A stretch of DNA of 64,000 nucleotides. Origin: Perkinsus chesapeaki ATCC PRA-425 (lineage: Eukaryota; Protista; Perkinsozoa). A program made the translations under genes and the position numbers. Shown here piece by piece: positions 45,440 through 57,733 of this stretch. Location: contig JAAPAO010000121.1 in the NCBI GenBank assembly GCA_013115145.1, positions 6,392-70,391 on the forward strand, given 5' to 3'. How positions within the stretch are numbered: the stretch's first letter is position 1; each line of letters begins with the position of its first letter. The notes beneath the pieces were generated by a model. That model did no database searches, was not told the DNA's origin, and saw only the letters and a list, made by a program, of their open reading frames with translations.

Positions 45440-48000
45440 TAGACGGCAGATGAGACGTTTCGTGGGAGCTTCTGCCAAAGCAAGTGGTCCACAGGAGTCG
45501 TTAATCGTGAGAACCCCGCATTAACCGCTCTCCCATTTGGAACCCTCCATCTCATCAGCTCTGGGAGAATACCATTCTTGCTATAATTATGGTACATAGC
45601 AGCCAAATGCAAATTCCTCTAGATTGGGGAGGTAGTGCACGCACAGCCCGGTCCACCGGTTATCGGTGACAGATATTCAAGGCAACCATCCAGGAATCGA
45701 GGAACACATCGTAAGCTTTCTGCATTTCATCACAGGTTTGAAACCTGGGGTTCCGTATCGTTTTCCAGACATCTGCATTTCCATTGGAGGGGATACCGTC
45801 TGAGCCTCGAAGTCCTGAGACTCTGAGGTTGTCCGAAAGACTTGAAGCTCGATCTTAGCCTGAGCTTCTCAGGCACGCTGCGAGATTCCCGCGTTGAGAA
45901 CCTTAGCTTCTTTATTGCTAGACATTAAACCACACTTGTGACAGTTGCATAACGAAATCGCACCCTGGGGCGCTAAGGTCCTCGCGCCAAGTATTTACAA
46001 TGAAACGACCCGTAAAATAGCTGATCTACATATCATTGAGTCTCGCCATTTGAAAATGCATCTACCGCTCAATTCTAGTCTCGAGGGGCACCCCAAAGCA
46101 AGAGATGATGAGGAGTTTGTAATTTGCGTAACAATTTTGCACACACTGTGTGATTGATCCCAAAAATAAGTCTTTGTCATTATATTATGACTCTCGGTCA
46201 CAGCGTCATGGCACAGCGTTTGCTGATAGCTTATCAGTGATAGGCCTGAACAGGATTAGCTGGGCCGCCCAGCCTGGGCGTACATACCGATCTCACAAGG
46301 AATTTCGAGCCTCTCAATCGTAAGTCTCGTCAATGTCACGTGGAGATGTTAACCATTGCACGTTAAATACTCCTTTTAAATTGACCACAACAACATTGTA
46401 ATCGTTTTGTAACACTGGCGTTAGAATACTCGAACTAACTATCGCCGGAGAACCGTAAAGGGCCATGACGTGCCAATCTATCCCATTGCTGAGACAAGAC
46501 CTGGCTGATCTGAGACAATATGACATTTCCGACATGCGACAGCTTGCTATATGAGACCAAATAGCTGTGGTACCGAGGCTTATGACGGGACACGCTTAAA
46601 AATAGCGCTATCTTGGTATTAGCGTCGCAACGGCCTTGTCGGCATCAACTCGTCCGAATGGGAGAATGACCTTCCCTTTTGAGTCTTTGAGGCTCTTCCG
46701 GGAAGTACTCTAGAGGATCTTTCTAACATCGGCAGGGGTTAGACCCGGAGCCAGACTGTAGAGCATAGAAGCCACTCCAGCGACGATCGCGGCTGCTGGT
46801 GAAGTACCGGTAAACTTTGTATAGGGGTAACGAATGGCCGTAGTTATAATACTATTGCCTGGAGCGGCGATATCCACATAGTTTGCAAAGTTAGAGAATG
46901 TTCCTAACCTCATCTTTGATTGCTCTGTTCCAGCAACACACAGCATACCCGTAAGTTGCTGGGTTAAGACGCATGGGTATCTTTTGTCGACAGTCACATT
47001 TATGCCATAGTTCCCAGCAGTGACGATAACAAGCATTCCGGCCTGCACAGCTTGTCTTATCTTCTGGGCAACCTTCGGTCTGAGGATATTTCCGGAGAAT
47101 GCCATTAAGATGATTTTGATTCTTCTTGTGTCTTTGGTTTCAATGGCGTATTGTAAGGAAGCGGCCTCGGGCTCATCCACAAAATTTTCTTCCAAAGAAA
47201 TAGGCATGATGTTAACAAGGTCCATCACCCCAGCTATACCGATAGAGTTATTAATAGTAGCACCAAGGACACCAGCCATCATCGTACCGTGCCCAGCCTT
47301 GTCATCAGTATCAGTGCTATTCCGAATCACATTGTAGCCGGTGACGAGGTTACCGACTAGGTCAGGATGGTTGTACTTAACTCCGGTATCGATAAGAGCT
47401 ACGGTAACCTTCTGTCTCAACACCCTCGTCGAAGTCAGGCGTCTCCATGCTTTAGGGATGTTGATAGCATCAAAGTAGGGTGCTTGGTGCTTGTAGTCCG
47501 GATCGTTCACGGGAGGAACACCTGTCTTGCCCACGGAGCTTCTAGTGGCTGTTGAAGAAGCGATGAGGTAGCCGAGGGTGAAGAAGAGGCCCAACATTTG
47601 GGAAGAGGGAGGTGCTTGAATGAACACTTCGCAGACAAATTACTCAATTGCTAATCACTAATCCAGGATCGCTCACTTTGTTGATACTGTCTCCTGCGCT
47701 CCATCAACGACATTTAACGTGGTGGAGCATTGGTGGCGACATCTGGCCAGTCGTGGTGACACAGTGCATAATATTAGGCTTACCGATGTTGCCCCTTACA
47801 CATATATGGGGTAGAAGTGCCCGCCATACCTCGTGTGACATGACTACATGTACGGGATAAAGTGCTATGACCTGTGTAATTGCGAGGGAGATCAATTTGC
47901 AAGGGCAAGGAGTTTGTGCTGGTGGGATAAGTCTTATGAGTTGCACGGCGCAGGCGCACAAGCCCGTCCAGTGTTACCCAAACGAGTGTCATAGTATCTG
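45440..48000. repeat. Tandem segmental duplication unit (subtilisin plus flanks), homologous to about 49260-51500; boundaries approximate
   Basis: Flank blocks align by eye (ccattcttgctataatta at about 45572/49379; gcctctcaatc.taagtct at about 46309/49828), with a gene offset of 3492 bp. Confidence 0.8.
46608..47597 (-). pseudogene. S8 subtilisin type A with premature in-frame TAG (46710-46712), 33 codons before the conserved stop
   Basis: ALIDTGV, GHGT, AGNYG and GTSPAAA are intact. KIL*STSRKSLKDSKGKVILPFGRVDADKAVATLIPR* continues in frame and matches the paralog C-terminus. Confidence 0.8.
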
Positions 48001-48534
48001 TTACTGGGGGTATGTGTTGTATACTTCGAGTAACATACTGTGTAACTCGTCTGCGAAGCCGCTCCGCACCTGATGTCATAAGCATTGGGGCGGTGGTACT
48101 TGTGGAAGGATATCTGCACGTCATTGACCGCTATATTGGGCTCACGGATACGTGGATGCTGGGCTGGCAGACCAGGCGTGCTTATACCTAGTTGACACTG
48201 ATAACTCGTTCGGGATTCTACATTCTTGGTAAAATTCGGTGTAAAAGAACCGTGTGTTATCTTATGTTTTGATCGCTGCGCACCGGTCCTTAAAGGACAG
48301 TCCTTTCATGCTCCAATGACTTCTTGGAGCTGGATACCTTGACACCTATCTTTTCCTCATTATATGAACCATGCAGCATTCGCTAGTGAGCATGACAGAT
48401 AGTTCGATTATCTGTAAGCCTGCAGGAAGAATCGTTCCGGTAAGTATCACACTCGCGAGAACTATCGGGTTTAGAGTAGAGCAGGTGGATGACACAGGGA
48501 TCCTCAGGGTTCGACCCTGCTAGAGGGTGCCCCG

Positions 48535-48627
48535 AAAAATCTGCTTTTCTGAATAACTTCTGAGGAGGGCGAATATCTTGGCGATACGTGCGGCCTTGGT
48601 TAGCTCTCGATAGTGGCTCTCTAATGG
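48535..48627. repeat. Dispersed repeat copy B (homologous to 14451-14544)
   Basis: Visual alignment as for copy A. Confidence 0.65.
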
Positions 48628-50099
48628 CATATGGTGCTAGTAAGATACTCGCTGGGGTTGGCGAAACGCAAACTCTGAAATTCCGAAAATGGTGCGGTTA
48701 TGATGGAAGAGGTCAGACTCTGCCGTTCAATTAGAGTAACACTGGTGCTGCGTGCTAAGTAGGATACAATTTCAGAGACAACTCCAGTCGTCTATCCTGC
48801 ACGGGAAGCCGAAAAAGTTCTCTAAATGATTGCGATCCGCTTGAGCCATTCTTCACCACTTGCCACCGATATTCGGAGCTCGAGCTGCCGCGTAGATGAA
48901 AAACAACTTGTCGAGAGCCGAATGAGACGCTCTTTGAGGAAGCGAATAATACCTTAGTGTGGATGTGAAAGTCCGTTGACAGGGTAAAATAGTTCGTCGT
49001 GCCGGACAGGAACTTGTACGGTAGGATCATCCTATCGTAAAAGCATCCTATTGGGATGCGAAAACGAGTAGGATAATGTGAGGGCCAGTATCATAGACTA
49101 TGATTCATAGTCGTCAGAACGATAAGGCGAGCATGTAGAAGAAACTACTACATAACAGCCCTTCAATTTGATGGGAGAATGGAACTTTAGAATGAGTAGG
49201 CCGCTAACAATATTTATGCCAATCTTCGTAGCTGATAGAGCTTTGTACAGTGCTGCATAATATGTTTCATGAGACTCTAATGATGAGAGCTTCTGCTAAA
49301 CCAGTCATTAATTGTGGTAACCTCGCTGTATGTCCTCGCTCATTAGGAGCCCTCCCTCTCATCGGCTTTGAGGGTGTGCCATTCTTGCTATAATTACGGT
49401 AGACAGAAGGCGAATGCAGTAGCAAGCAGTGTCTCAAGATTGAGGGGGTAGCGCATGCACGCGCAATCCACATAGTTGGCCCACCGATACTACAGGCATG
49501 CATCCAAGAAGCGGAGCATTTCTTGATGTCCTCATAGTTCTTGATGGTCCTACACGAGACCAGCACCTATATTCCCATGTCTGAGACCATCAGCCAGACG
49601 CTGGCATACAGAGAGTACCACTGTGGTACTACTACCACTCGAGGTTCAAAGGTGTACAAGCTTCACTCGCAGGCATGCCGCGGTATTCTCGCGATGAGAT
49701 CCGTAGCTTGGTAATTGCTAGACACTTCACTATAGTTGATTCGAAATATCAGCTTTTGTTATTATACATGACATCGTTATATTTGTTTATAGGCAGACCT
49801 TTTTTAAGACCCCACGAAAAATGCCAAGCCTCTCAATCATAAGTCTTGTCAATGCAACGTAAAAATAATTACAATTGCCCGTTAAATACTTCTCGTGTAT
49901 TGAAACACAATAATAATAGCGTTAGTTGGTAACACTGCCGTTAAGATACTCAGCAAAATCACAGCCCAAGCGCCGTAAAAACCGGTGAGGTAGCAATGCA
50001 AACCCAGCAATGATTATAGAAATCGCTGAGGGAAGAAGGTATTTTTCGGCAAGTGGATTCTTGTTATCTGTGCTCAATCCAACATGCCTAGTTATAGCG

Positions 50100-51089
50100 C
50101 TATCTTGGTATTAGCATCGCCACTGACTTGTCGGCATCAACTCGCCCGAATGGAAGAGTGACCTTCCCTGTGGAATCTTTAAGGCCCTTCCGGGAAGTAC
50201 TCTTGGGAATCTTTTTAACATCAGCAGGGGTTAGACCAGGAGCAAGACTGTAGAGCATAGCAGCCACTCCAGCGACGATCGCGGCTGCTGGTGAAGTTCC
50301 GGTAAATTGATCATAGGAGACAAGTGTGCTGGTAGTTTCGATTTTATCACCGGGAGCGGCGATATCCACATAGTTTGCAAAGTTTGAGAATGTTCCTAAC
50401 CTCATCTTTGATTGCTCTGTTCCAGCAACACACAACATACTCGTAAGTTGCTGGGTTAAGGCGCATGGGTATCTTTTGTCGACAGTCACATTTATGCCAT
50501 AGTTCCCAGCAGTGACGATAACAAGCATTCCGGCCTGCACAGCTTGTCTTATCTTCTGGGCAACCTTCGGTCTGAGGATATTTCCGGAGAATGCCATTAA
50601 GATGATTTTGATTCTTCTTGTGTCTTTGGTTTCAATGGCGTATTGTAAGGAAGCGGCCTCGGGCTCATCCACAAAATTTTCTTCCAAAGAAATAGGCATG
50701 ATGTTAACAAGGTCCATCACCCCAGCTATACCGATAGAGTTATTAATAGTAGCACCAAGGACACCAGCCATCATCGTACCGTGCCCAGCCTTGTCATCAG
50801 TATCAGTGCTATTCCGAATCACATTGTAGCCGGTGACGAGGTTACCGACTAGGTCAGGATGGTTGTACTTAACTCCGGTATCGATAAGAGCTACGGTAAC
50901 CTTCTGTCTCAACACCCTCGTCGAAGTCAGGCGTCTCCATGCTTTAGGGATGTTGATAGCATCAAAGTAGGGTGCTTGGTGCTTGTAGTCCGGATCGTTC
51001 ACGGGAGGAACACCTGTCTTGCCCACGGAGCTTCTAGTGGCTGTTGAAGAAGCGATGAGGTAGCCGAGGGTGAAGAAGAGGCCCAACAT
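50100..51089 (-). CDS. S8 subtilisin type A, intronless, signal peptide
   Basis: ALIDTGV, GHGTMMAG, AGNYG and FTGTSPAAA motifs. ATG (MLGLFF) is at 51089. Confidence 0.9.
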   Translation of the reverse strand: MLGLFFTLGYLIASSTATRSSVGKTGVPPVNDPDYKHQAPYFDAINIPKAWRRLTSTRVLRQKVTVALIDTGVKYNHPDLVGNLVTGYNVIRNSTDTDDKAGHGTMMAGVLGATINNSIGIAGVMDLVNIMPISLEENFVDEPEAASLQYAIETKDTRRIKIILMAFSGNILRPKVAQKIRQAVQAGMLVIVTAGNYGINVTVDKRYPCALTQQLTSMLCVAGTEQSKMRLGTFSNFANYVDIAAPGDKIETTSTLVSYDQFTGTSPAAAIVAGVAAMLYSLAPGLTPADVKKIPKSTSRKGLKDSTGKVTLPFGRVDADKSVAMLIPR

Positions 51090-51630
51090 TTGGGAAGAGG
51101 GAGGTGCTTGAATGAACACTTCGCAGACAAATTACTCAATTGCTAATCACTAATCCAGGATCGCTCACTTTGTTGATACTGTCTCCTGCGCTCCATCAAC
51201 GACATTTAACGTGGTGGAGCATTGGTGGCGACATCTGGCCAGTCGTGGTGACACAGTGCATAATATTAGGCTTACCGATGTTGCCCCTCACACATACATG
51301 GGGTAGAATTACCCGCCTTACCTCGTGACAGGACTACGTATACGAAATAAAACGCTATGATTTGTGTAATTGCGAGGCAGATCAATCCGCAAGGGTGAGA
51401 CGTTTGTGCTGATGGAGTAAGCCTTATAAGTTGCACGGCGCAGGCGCACAAACTCATCCAGTGTTACCTAGACGAGGGTCACAGTATCTGTTACTGGGGA
51501 GTCCCCAGTACCTCCAGTGAGGGTATCATACGCGATGCTCACTCCTTTTCAATCACACAAGTGTCGTCTTTCATGTCTGATGGTCAAGTCCATCTCCGCC
51601 AGGGAGATGGGTTCGGCCTCTTTATAACTA

Positions 51631-52400
51631 TCAGCAACACAAACATCGCATTTTTTCAGTGGACAAGATGCGCATCAACATTCTGTCAAGCCAATGGTCG
51701 TGAACGAATGACTTGCTGGTTGAAGCACCAACCACCCACGCTTGGTCTCCGTGCATCACAGTGTTGCATACATGATAGAGCCTATCACTGGCCAGTCTAT
51801 CTGATAGTCCAGTCGCACACCATGCCATCATAACCACGTAACGAATACGACACTTGTCTGAAAACAACACACAACATGTTGTTTCGGCCTTTATGTACGA
51901 GAAAGTACCATCAAGTGGTTGGACTAATCGGAAATTGCTGGAAAGCCAGCTGAAACGCGGGGCAGATACGCAGCACATCCCATAGCACGCCGAACATGGC
52001 TCTCGATCTATTGCACGCGTCCATAGGTTTTTGAAATCAGGCAAGAAATAGCCGATCATGAGAACAAACCTCAAGCATGCAAGATGCTTGCTGCTCAACG
52101 AACAAATGTCTCACAGCAGCTGCCAGGGTGCCAGTCGGCGGGTACTATAGCTTCACTCCATTGAACAGGTTTCTGCATCAGGTTGTTCGCGACCGTCGTG
52201 CCCTGTGTAGCCATATCGACGATCCATGCCGGCTGATTGCCTGCCTTGTGAGTCGCTAATAGCCGGCCTCCAAATAGCATAGGCATATTCAGGGACTCCC
52301 ATTCGTATGCCTGATTCGGGCGAACTCCCACGGTCCCCTTCCTAAAGGCTATGTTTCGGCTCAAAGGTACCCTTCTCAAACTGGCGTCTCCCGGCAACTA
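51631..52400 (-). mobile_element. Degenerate pogo/Tc1-mariner (DDE_1-like) transposase relic
   Basis: Across a stop and a frameshift: GDASLRRVP..FRKGTVGV, GNQPAWIV, DWHPG..ETFVR*(W), FLPDF and RLVQPLDGTFSYIK. QPLD is at 51910-51921, as in DDE_1 transposases. Confidence 0.45.
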
Positions 52401-53016
52401 CTTCGAAGCGTGCTATGAGTTCCTGCACGGAATATCAGTAGCACGAGTAGAATTCCATTGTTGCTTCGAGTTGAAGCCTGCAGAGCTTGTGCGCTAGTAT
52501 GGCTCGTGCTATATGGAACTCCAATACCCAAACGAGTCGAGACATTACAACAGCCTGAATATGCGAATGAATCCGAGGGCACTATACTTAAAATATTGAA
52601 ATCTGTAACGGGAGCATTATTTCATAACAGAAGTCGCACGCAAAGACTTAGCCTTCGACGACGCGAGAATCTATCTCAAACGAGTACACATTGTGTACAA
52701 CACAAGCAAAACCCAAGACGAAAAATACCATCAATTAAGACTCTCGTTGAAGGGCAACATGTTATTACAGAGACGCGACAGTGCTCTGACAACTCGAACT
52801 CTTCAGGTATATGGCTTGGAGTCTGTGGAACCTAAGGCTCCGAGCCCTAGATTAATGTTACAGTAGTAGCCTTAGGCTACGTAGTTAGCTAAGCTAAGGC
52901 AATTCCAGTTCATCAGCTAAGCATGTTTGATGCATCCAGGTACATAAGATGATGAGTTTGACAAGGGTTTTAATCAATAGCCTCCTTAGCTTACAACTTT
53001 TCTGTTAACCTATTAT

Positions 53017-53763
53017 ATGTCTTCGTATCTGACTATACTCTACGGACTTCTGTTGTCATGTGTTTATACGCAGACGATCAGGAAGCCACTTGGAAAATAC
53101 ACCCCGAGAGACTGGCATACAAGCACAGTCAATCTCGAGCTTGAATTTTTCGACGACGGTTCTGCTAAATACAAGATCTATTCTCCTCAGCATGACATTT
53201 GGAGTATTGAATCCTTCCCTGTTGTGATGCGCGGCCCTGCTGTTGTTGCCGTCAAGATCCCCCAATTTCGAGTGAACTATTGGTTGGACGAGCTCCCAGA
53301 TAGGTTCGAAGAATTGGGGCTGCGGGTCTTCTTTTATGACCCTTTGCTCGACATGATTACCGTAAACGCGGCTGGACGTACCTTCCAGATCGCACATGCT
53401 TCGGACCCAGTGGAAAAGATCGCAGTCATTGACCCCAAGCAACCGGATGGTATCTATCAAAGTATCGAAGCCGGGTTGGAAGTGACTATGAAATTCGATT
53501 CGACGAGGAGCCGTGCCACGTACCACTTGGTATTACGAGATAGGGAGTACGACTTCCCCTTCGACGTTGACTTTAGCATGCTGAGCACCAGTTTGATTCG
53601 GGTGTGGGTGCCACAACATCAGCTTCATGCCCTCCATGGAAGATTTCCCGGCTTATCACACGATTACTTCTATCTCAATCTCGGCTACGACCCTGTGAAT
53701 AACGAGATAACATTCTTGCTCGATGAACTCCGCCAGGTAACGCTAAAAAAGGTTCAACCTACA

Positions 53764-53818
<55 letters not shown>

Positions 53819-54378
53819 GCACTAATGCTCCTACTACTACTGCTTTTGATACGACTACTGTCACAACCACCACCACTACCACTACCACTGTATCTACCTC
53901 TCGCAGTCGTTGTGGGGAACATTGCTGGCCGTTCGGTCAATTCTGTGTAGATTCGAACACTGCCAAAATGTCAGTGCGATTCGAGAATCATCACACTATG
54001 ACTTTTACTGCTCATCACCAGAACATGCATTTGTTAGCTCGTGATGCGAGGTACGAGGTCCACGAAGAGGTTAACAACATTATCGTATCAATAGATGTTG
54101 TCAACTCTGACCTCAACGCCGAATTGCGAAGGATAAACTGGCTCGGTTTCACCCGTCTGAATCTTACTTTTGACCCTTACGATAATATTGTGATGCTTGA
54201 AGAACGTGGGCTTATCGCTCGCATGCACCTTCAACTGGGTTGTGCTGGTGCTATTGAAACCCCTCCGGAGCAGCCTCAAGTTGAGCAGAGTGTGGCGGAG
54301 AGTCACTGGGCTACTGACGATGAAGATGGCGGGGATTTCCATAATCTACTCCTCAGTATTCTTCGTTCTCTCCGTTAG
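53017..54378 (+). CDS. Secreted protein with three about 105-aa repeated domains and a poly-Thr mucin-like linker
   Basis: Signal-like MSSYLTILYGLLLSCVYT. Each domain starts P.G.Y/F and ends Y/FDP..d.i. The Thr tract lies between domains 2 and 3. Intronless 453-aa ORF. Confidence 0.75.
53764..53817 (+). repeat. (ACT)n coding microsatellite (poly-Thr)
   Basis: Pure actactact run in frame within 53017-54378. Confidence 0.95.
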
Positions 54379-55512
54379 TCACCAACGACCTCCATCAGCA
54401 GCTGATGATCAGCTTTTTTGTAAGGAAATACTACGTTGATGATCTGAGGATATATCCTACTATTATCCGAGTATTTATGTCTTGATGTACTCTTGGGAGA
54501 TCGAGTGACTTGAAGTTTTGTGAAAGCCAGAACGAGTAGCTAGCATGTTACGTGTCTTAGGATGAATGTGGTGTTGCCTATCCAGCTCTCGTTGTTTCAT
54601 TTCTGTAACTGTGATGCCCTGCGTATCCACAAATCCCGCTTCAGTTCGCATCAATGTCTTTCGTTCGAACTTAATAAACATAACAACACTAGTGTCAAGT
54701 GAGAGGAAGCAGTAGCGAGAACTGCAAATCTCGACCGGAGAGATAATCCGGCGAACTGTGCCATACGATCTCTGATAACCTCTGCCTCCAATGATAGAAG
54801 TTATGTCCTATAGTCTATAATACAAAGTCTCTGATAGAGACTCTCTATATCTGTTTGTATTCAAACTGTATTTAAGTCCATAATGACGACCCCCAACGTC
54901 GTTGGGCCAACGACACCTACGCTGCTCTCGCGGAATTCCGAAACGCTCCGGGCTTCGGTTCTTGTGATTGCTGAAGGGTAGGAAGAACCTCCGAGCTGGA
55001 AGCTCCAAGCCCATGCGAGCGTAGAATAGCTAACGTATGAGTGCAGCTGTGAATCACAACTATAATCATAGCGGCGCTGATCGAGAATAAAAAAGTCCCT
55101 AACAAATTTCCCAGAAGCTTTGTGGGTAGAGCTACCCTCCAGTTGCGAGCCGTTGGCAAGAGGGCTTTATTCCTCAAGGGTCTTCGTGATGGGCCAGTTA
55201 CTTACATAGGCATCTCTCATGCTGACTCTCGGACATGTGTGTTTCTAGGTCATTACGTCCCAGTTCTAGCCGAGCAAGTCCACGGGTCGGGTTTGAACCA
55301 GGGTTTCACTAATGGGTTGGTAAATATTATGGTGTGAATATTTCTTGTCGGAAAGTTTGCAAGAAATAATTGAACCAGAAATAGATAACAATCTAAAAAA
55401 ACTCCTGGCTCCGCTTGGGGCGGAACCTCCGCCGCGGGAGACCGTCAATGAGTTACAAGACTCGGACGCACAAGCCTAACCAGTGTTCCCGAAGCTAGAG
55501 TCATAGTACCTG

Positions 55513-55553
55513 TCGCTGAGGGTACCTAATTCAGAATTAGATACCCTCAGCGA
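55513..55553. repeat. 20-bp inverted repeat (1 mismatch, 1-nt spacer)
   Basis: tcgctgagggtacctaattc a gaattagataccctcagcga. Confidence 0.9.
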
Positions 55554-57733
55554 ATTATTAATTCTGCCCCCTGTCAGAGACCATCATAAGAGCTGCGCTT
55601 CTGGTGAACATATTCGTATGGTTTATTTGTATGGCCTCTCTAGCGCGGAACTGCAGAGCTCCGCTGTGGCAGCCTATTCCAAAGCTGCATTATAAATGCT
55701 TTGCGTAACCAGTGCTTACTAACCACTTTCACCTTTGACTTTCCGTTGCTGGCTCTCTTTTTTATATACTCGAGTCCCCCCAAAATGAGGGCCTCATTTC
55801 ACACATAATGGGATTGTTTCACGTGTGAGGACGAGCACTACAGGGAAAATCACATGTTTAAACTTATCACTGGTTTACTTTGCTTCTAATATTCTTATTC
55901 AATACTGTCTTTCGTCCATAGTAGTTGCTTCGAACAGTTGTGGTTATTTCTGCAACTATTACGTATGGAGACACTTGCAGGCCGTAGTTCCTTGGTCAAG
56001 TGTGGTTTGAGATACCGTGTAGTGTTGCATCGTCGTTATACTTTATGCTCGGCAATGAAGCCACTCTCTCCTGTTCGCACTTTAAACTCAACATGATTGC
56101 CGGTTTGCTAAAGCTCGCTTACGCCACTTGTGGGCAATGAAAAAAACCGTGAAGCGGCGGGGATCGAACAAGTTTAAGCGTCGCCGCTGTTCCTAACCAA
56201 CTACATAGAGAAAGGTGAGCACTACGAAGCTGAACAGCAAGCCAGGAATACTGACCTGAGATCAAATGGTTAGCATTCCTCCGTTTATTCCACCAACTCT
56301 GCGCCGAGCCCTCGCTCGACTTTCTCTAGGATAAAGCCTACCTGAGCGTCTTGAGTGACACTAGAGATCCCTAACGCTGTTGATAAGCCAAATATGAGAA
56401 GGCTGTGGGCCGATGCCTGGTCAACGAACTTGAAGTTCTCATCAGTCTCGGGGGTGAAGCATACAAGGTTACTGAGGCATGATATGAGATTCGAAAACGC
56501 GTGATAACAGAATTACAACAACTAGTGATGACAAACAAGCATGAAACGCTATTTTCATTCATATCTCTACTTACATCAGCCATAACGATCTTGGTAAAGC
56601 GGCCAAGGTGAGCAAGAAGCCATAACAGCTGTAGTGGATAGCTACCCATACAGATATGAGATGTGCTCCAATTATAAGCCCGCCAAAGTATCTAGTCAAA
56701 ACTGATATTCGAAGAGTAAGACTGAGATCGTCTAATATACGAAATCAATCCGTTATCACAGTAACGAATTCTGCGATGTTAGTAGTAGGGCCGGACCCTC
56801 GGTACATTCGACTTCCTTTCGTGCCAAGCATTCCTTCTAATGTATAACAGCCAGCCTTCCAGTCACATTTCATATCCCTGATATTATTGGCGCTCAGTAT
56901 CTGAAGAAGTTTATCAATATCTTTCTTGCAGAATTGTCTATTCCTTACCACTGTAACCATCATGGCCACTGGTAAGGTAAAGAGGAGTAATTCGGGTATT
57001 TTACCGGAGGATTGGGCCGAGTCGGTCAGACTTAGCACGAAGTGCATAACGTTGAGGGGCCCGAAGCAGAGGAACCTATTGAGTAGGAATGCCACAGACT
57101 TGAGCACTTGTATTTGAACTTACACTACTGCATTCCCAAGACCGATATACTTCAATGGTATCGGAGCTGCTGTGTAGGTGATCTATGAAGAAGCTCCTCA
57201 GGCTTTGCCCAAACACGCATTAATTACGGCGAGAATGGCCCCAATTATGATTATCATCTGTCGGCATTGTAGAAAGCTGCGTCGATGCCACGGATGTAGT
57301 GAGCCGACAGAGATAAGAATATGGTCAGCAAAGCCACCGAAGATACCATCTGGTGTAAAAGTAATCAGGAATAGTGAAAGCTAGAAGGACCTTACAATAG
57401 CTTTTATAGAAAGGCGGCCGTTCAGGACTGTCATATCCGAGTTGGCGAAATCTGCCTTGTCTACGCCATTTCGCCAGTCAGCTAGTGAGTTCACTTGGTT
57501 CGCTAAGGATTGCATTACGACCATCGATAGAATCTGAGGAGTTGGTTGAAGGGAGTTTACTTCACCAAACGGGACTCGAACTCACCAGTTCACTAGCACG
57601 CTGAGCCGATTGTATCTCAATTCCATACCAAACGAGTGATGCTGCTGTAACAGCCAGTGGAAGTAGTGAAGCAGGGAAGGACCAAGGGCGAGTCGTGATG
57701 AACTATCATTGAAGTTGAGGATCCCTACTAACA

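Noticed and set aside
46710-46712. Stop-codon reassignment as an explanation for in-frame stops
   Set aside because: Intact genes here end at TAA, TAG and TGA and have no internal stops, so the standard code fits.
1040-56000. Recurrent CACGTG/GTCAC motifs near several gene starts
   Set aside because: About a dozen CACGTG were noticed, no more than expected by chance in 64 kb. Positional enrichment was not testable here.
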